64,000 nt of DNA from the human T2T-CHM13v2.0 reference genome, Homo sapiens. The notes under the pieces are model-generated. The model was not told the origin of the DNA. It saw only the letters and a program-made list of their open reading frames with translations, and did no database searches. Made by a program: the position numbers and the translations under genes. Location: NCBI RefSeq assembly GCF_009914755.1, contig NC_060933.1, one strand, 5' to 3'. Positions 59,125-64,000 of this stretch are shown one piece after another. Every line of letters starts with the position of its first letter. Within the stretch, counting starts at the first letter, position 1.

Positions 59125-59420
59125 GAAAAAAGCCAGGACCGAAAGAAGCCAGTTACAAAAGAGAACATATTATATGATTCAATTCATATGCAATACCCAG
59201 AACAGGTTAATCTACAGAGACAGAAGTAGATGAGTGGTTGCTTAGGCTGAGAGGAGTTATGGGGGTGTGGAGAGGTGATAATTAAAGGGTGATGAAAATG
59301 TTCTAAAATGGATGGTAGTGATGGTTGCACATCACATATATGTGAATATACTAAAAATCATTGAATTCTACATTGCAAATGAATGAATTGTAAAGTAAAT
59401 GAATTATATCTCAATATAGC
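59125..59420 (+). mobile_element. L1MB-type 3' end
   Basis: GAAAGAAGCCAG..TATATGATTC..GGGTGATGAAAATGTTCTAAAA..GTGAATATACTAAAA..GAATTATATCTCAATA. Confidence 0.85.
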
Positions 59421-60694
59421 CATTTAAATAAATAAATACAATCAACGGATACATAGAAACTCTGTACCATATTAGCAACTTTTCTGTAAATATATAAATA
59501 TAAATTAAAATTATATTTTTTAAAAACTATTTTTAAAAAGTCAAGATCGATTTCAAGGATAGTGAATATTCTCCCGTAATATCTTCCTTCCACCTTATTC
59601 TCAGGCAAAACTGGTGAAAATGAATACCAGAGTCCCAATGCTTCCAGTTAGAAAGTTTCAACTTCGAGGGTGGTTTTCAATCAGTTGAACCTTGGTTTCC
59701 TATTCTGTAAAATGGAAGTGATACACTGACTTCAACCGTTTGTTGTATTTATTAAGTAAGATACCAAATTTGAAATACCAGGCATGCAGTTGGCTCTAGA
59801 TTAAAGCATATTAATTAACTCTTCAAAGGGAAGTGAAATATCAAAAACACAAATAACCCCCCAAAATTGTTAAAGATTTGAATAGACACTTTACAAAAAA
59901 AGATATTCAAATGGTCAATAAGCATATGAAAGAGTACTCAATATCATTAGTCACCATAAAAATGCAAAGCAAAACAGCAGTGAGATACCACTACGCACCA
60001 AAAAAAGATACTAAAATGGTCAATAAACATAAGAAAGAGTGCTCAACATCATTAGTCACCACAAAAATGCAAAGCAGAACCACAATGAGATACCTCTCCA
60101 CACTTACCAGAATGGCTAAAAATGAAAACCAACTCTACTGAGTGTTGGCAAGGCTGTGGAGAAACTAGAACTCTCACACATTGCTGCTGGATGCTGAAAA
60201 TTGTACAATCATTTTGTAAACCCATTGCCACTCTCTGATAAATGGGAATATTCATCTACTCTATGGCCTAGCAATCACACACCTAGACTATATACCAAGA
60301 GAAATGAATGTACTATGTTCACAAAACACCTGTACATACATAACAGCTTTACTCACAATAAGCAAAAATTCGAAGCAGCCCAGGTATCCATCAATAGGAA
60401 AATGGATAGACAAACTGTGGTATATCCATACAATGGAATAGTACTGAGCAAAAAAAATGAGAGACTATTGATATACATAATAAAATAGATAAATTTCAAA
60501 AAAATGCTGAATGAATAAAGGATAAACTAAAGAATATATATGTATTAATATTATTCCATTTATATTAAGTCCTTGAACATAGAGAACTAATCTATAGGGA
60601 TTGAAAGCAGGTCAGTGGTTACTTGGAGTCAGTTGTATAACAGCACTTGACTGGAAAGAAGCATGAGTTAACTTGCTAGAATGATGGAAGTGTT

Positions 60695-60995
60695 GTTTTG
60701 TTTGTTTTTGTTTTGACACAGAGTCTCACTCTTCATGCCCGGGTTGGAGTGCAATGGAGTGATCTTGGCTCACAGCAACCTCCGCCTCCCGGGTTCAAGT
60801 GATTCTCCTGCCTCAGTCCCCCAGTAACTGGGATTACAGGCATGTGCCACCATGCCCAGCTAATTTTGTATTTTTAGTAGAGATGGGGTTTCTCCATGTT
60901 GGTCAGGCTGGTCTCAAACTCCCAACCTCAAGTGATCCACTCGCCTTGGCCTCCCAAAGTGCTGGGACTATAGGCGTGAGCCGCCGTGCCAGGCC
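60695..60995 (-). mobile_element. AluSp-like with TSD
   Basis: GTTTCTCCATGTTGGTCAGG and GCAATGG diagnostics; TSD TGGAAGTGTT at 60685 and 60996. Confidence 0.93.
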
Positions 60996-61004
60996 TGGAA
61001 GTGT

Positions 61005-61080
61005 TTTATATTTAATATATTTTAATATATTATATATATTTTATATATATTTTTATATATTATATATAGTTTATATTTAA
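61005..61080. repeat. AT-rich (TA)n-like low-complexity tract
   Basis: Read directly from sequence. Confidence 0.9.
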
Positions 61081-62300
61081 TGTCAAAATTCATTGTGCTG
61101 AACACTTAAAGATTTATACATTGTATTGAATGTAATAAAGTACTATTAATTTAAAAAACAAGGAAATGGGGGCTAATGGAAGGAGAGAATAAACTATTTC
61201 ATCCTTTTTGCCTTGGATGTAAAAGGGTAGGTGGCACATACATGTTAATTTTCTGCATCTGCATCCTGCCACCTGCCTAACCAAGTCACCAAGGTGCAAA
61301 GCCCTGGAATGTCACCTCTAGTTAATATCCTCTAAAGACAGTTCTACACACAGCCACACCCAGTGTCTACTCTGCAGGTCACTGTGTTCCATGTTACAGT
61401 AAATAAATAAATACATGAATAATAACCTCTTGGTTATTATTCTAACCAAGATATGTCTTGGATTATGTTTTTCTGAAGTTATATAAAGCTTATAAAAACA
61501 GAAAATAAAGTACATTGAAAACATTTCAGAAAAAAAATCCAAAATAGACAAAAATGTAAATGAAGGCTATGAGAAAAAACAACAGAAGATGCATATTTTT
61601 TTAAGTTCCAAAATTATGCCAGTCAAAACTCAGGAGCAGAGGAAATGAGAATCCTGGTATGGAATGGCAATCCAAGGCAAGGAAAACAGAGCACTCAAAG
61701 CACTGTGCGTAGCATAGAGCAGGATAAGCCAACAAAGTCTGCATATTAACTTACAGCTGGCAACCAGCTAAAATGGGAATTTAATGACTCTTAAGGCTTG
61801 TGTCTTATACATGAACAGGAATTGAATCAAAGTTGGATGCAAAATCCTTTTAAATTACTGGAGCAGATTTTATTCCTTCGCTTTTAGATTTTAAGACTTA
61901 AGCTTTGGTGTAATAGAAATAACCAACAACCTATTAATAAACGTTGAACTGTCTTCTAATAGTGGATGGGACTTTAGTTTTGTTAGCTGTTTTCACAATA
62001 TGCATATTCAGTAGCTGCTTTTTATAAATGGGTATAGATTCTAAAATAAGAGCAAGTTAAATATGCATGCATAATGTCTCTGCCTAAATAGATGCACTTA
62101 AAACTGCTGTTTATGAATCGTGACCATGACCGTCTCTGATTTACTAATGTTTGCCACTGTGGTTGCAAATTCATTTGTTTCTCTAATATTTTGACTGTCT
62201 GTATATCTCAAATCTCCATTATTAAGAACATAAAGATTCTTGATAATTCCATCTTCTTTGTGGACTGTCAATTTCATCAAACAGAAATAACTGTTTTTCT

Positions 62301-62598
<298 letters not shown>

Positions 62599-62879
62599 CT
62601 ATTTTTCTCATCTAATGCTTTTTCCTCAGACATTATTTTTATCAGCTATTGATACCATTAGGTTAATTTTTCTTTCGGCCAGAATTTGCCTGTTCTTTTT
62701 ATCTCTAATATTCTTGGATTGCTTTGTTTTTGGAGCATTTCTATGAAACCACATATGACTGTGTCTTAGTGGTGGTGGCGACAGGTTTTTGTGGCTGTTT
62801 GATCTGTGCTTTTTGTTTTGTCCAGGAGGACAGTGTTCCTGGTCCTCCAACTTAACAATGATAACTTCCTTCGTGCTGT

Positions 62880-63631
<752 letters not shown>

Positions 63632-63659
63632 CTATTTTTATTTTTTAAATTACATGTAA

Positions 63660-63785
63660 TTTTTTTTTCTTAAAGACAAGGTCTTGCTGTGTTACCCAAG
63701 CTGGATTCAAACTTCTGGGCTCAAGCGATCCTCCCACCGCAGCCTCCCCAGTGGCTGGGATTACAGGGACACACAGTGCCCCACA
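63660..63785 (-). mobile_element. FLAM_C-like monomer / AluJ left arm
   Basis: AGACAAGGTCTTGCTGTGTTACCCAAGCTGG..CTGGGCTCAAGCGATCCTCCC..GGGATTACAGG. Confidence 0.8.
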
Positions 63786-64000
63786 TTCTCTACCCTGTAG
63801 AAAACCAAACCCTATACTCTTTTCTGTTGCAAGAGTATATCAACATTTCTGCTCCCTGGTGAAGGAATCTTATATCAAAGGACTTAGTCTTTCTTAGCAA
63901 CCTTTTAAAAATCACTTCAAGGACTAGAAGGATGGTAGAACTATATGTTCAACCCCTTATCTCAATCCAATCTTGAACCAAGTCCTATGATTGCTAATAA

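Larger units (their letters stand above)
59855..61155 (+). mobile_element. L1ME/L1M 3' region with an internal 105-bp tandem duplication and an AluSp insertion
   Basis: Translation resembles the L1 ORF2 C-terminus (NRHFTKKDIQMVNKHMK..KT..RYH); 3'UTR motifs continue after the Alu. Confidence 0.8.

Noticed and set aside
59878-60488. ORFs resembling the L1 ORF2p C-terminus
   Set aside because: Short degenerate remnants of an old L1; no intact endonuclease or reverse transcriptase.

Overview
This is primate genomic DNA, almost certainly human, because it carries a CpG-intact AluYa5-type insertion. It is non-coding intronic or intergenic sequence dominated by interspersed repeats: about 27 Alu/FLAM/FRAM copies or fragments, L1PA/L1PB/L1MA/L1MB/L1ME fragments, L2, MIR, MaLR LTRs (THE1C, MSTB, MLT1) and hAT DNA elements (MER58A, MER81, MER94). 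I found no protein-coding exon, RNA gene, CpG island or CRISPR array that I can support. The six-frame ORFs are repeat-derived or chance, and I cannot name the locus. I do not see a new gene system. The best signals are structural scars not explained by plain repeat annotation. (1) A ~350-bp ancient inverted duplication (13390-14053 vs 15420-15774), later split by an AluSp. (2) A ~180-bp templated insertion at 40174-40353, copied from 41191-41386 into an L1 3'UTR, with a fold-back junction. (3) A 37-bp-stem fold-back hairpin with patchwork filler inside a MIR (19844-19924). (4) A composite minisatellite with an inverted unit (11261-11485). (5) An L1PA insertion with an apparent 3' transduction (30421-30509). 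(6) A very young 5'-truncated AluYa5. An AP-1 motif cluster and several splice-site-bounded candidate non-coding exons are weaker leads. Subfamily calls and old-repeat boundaries were made by eye and are approximate.
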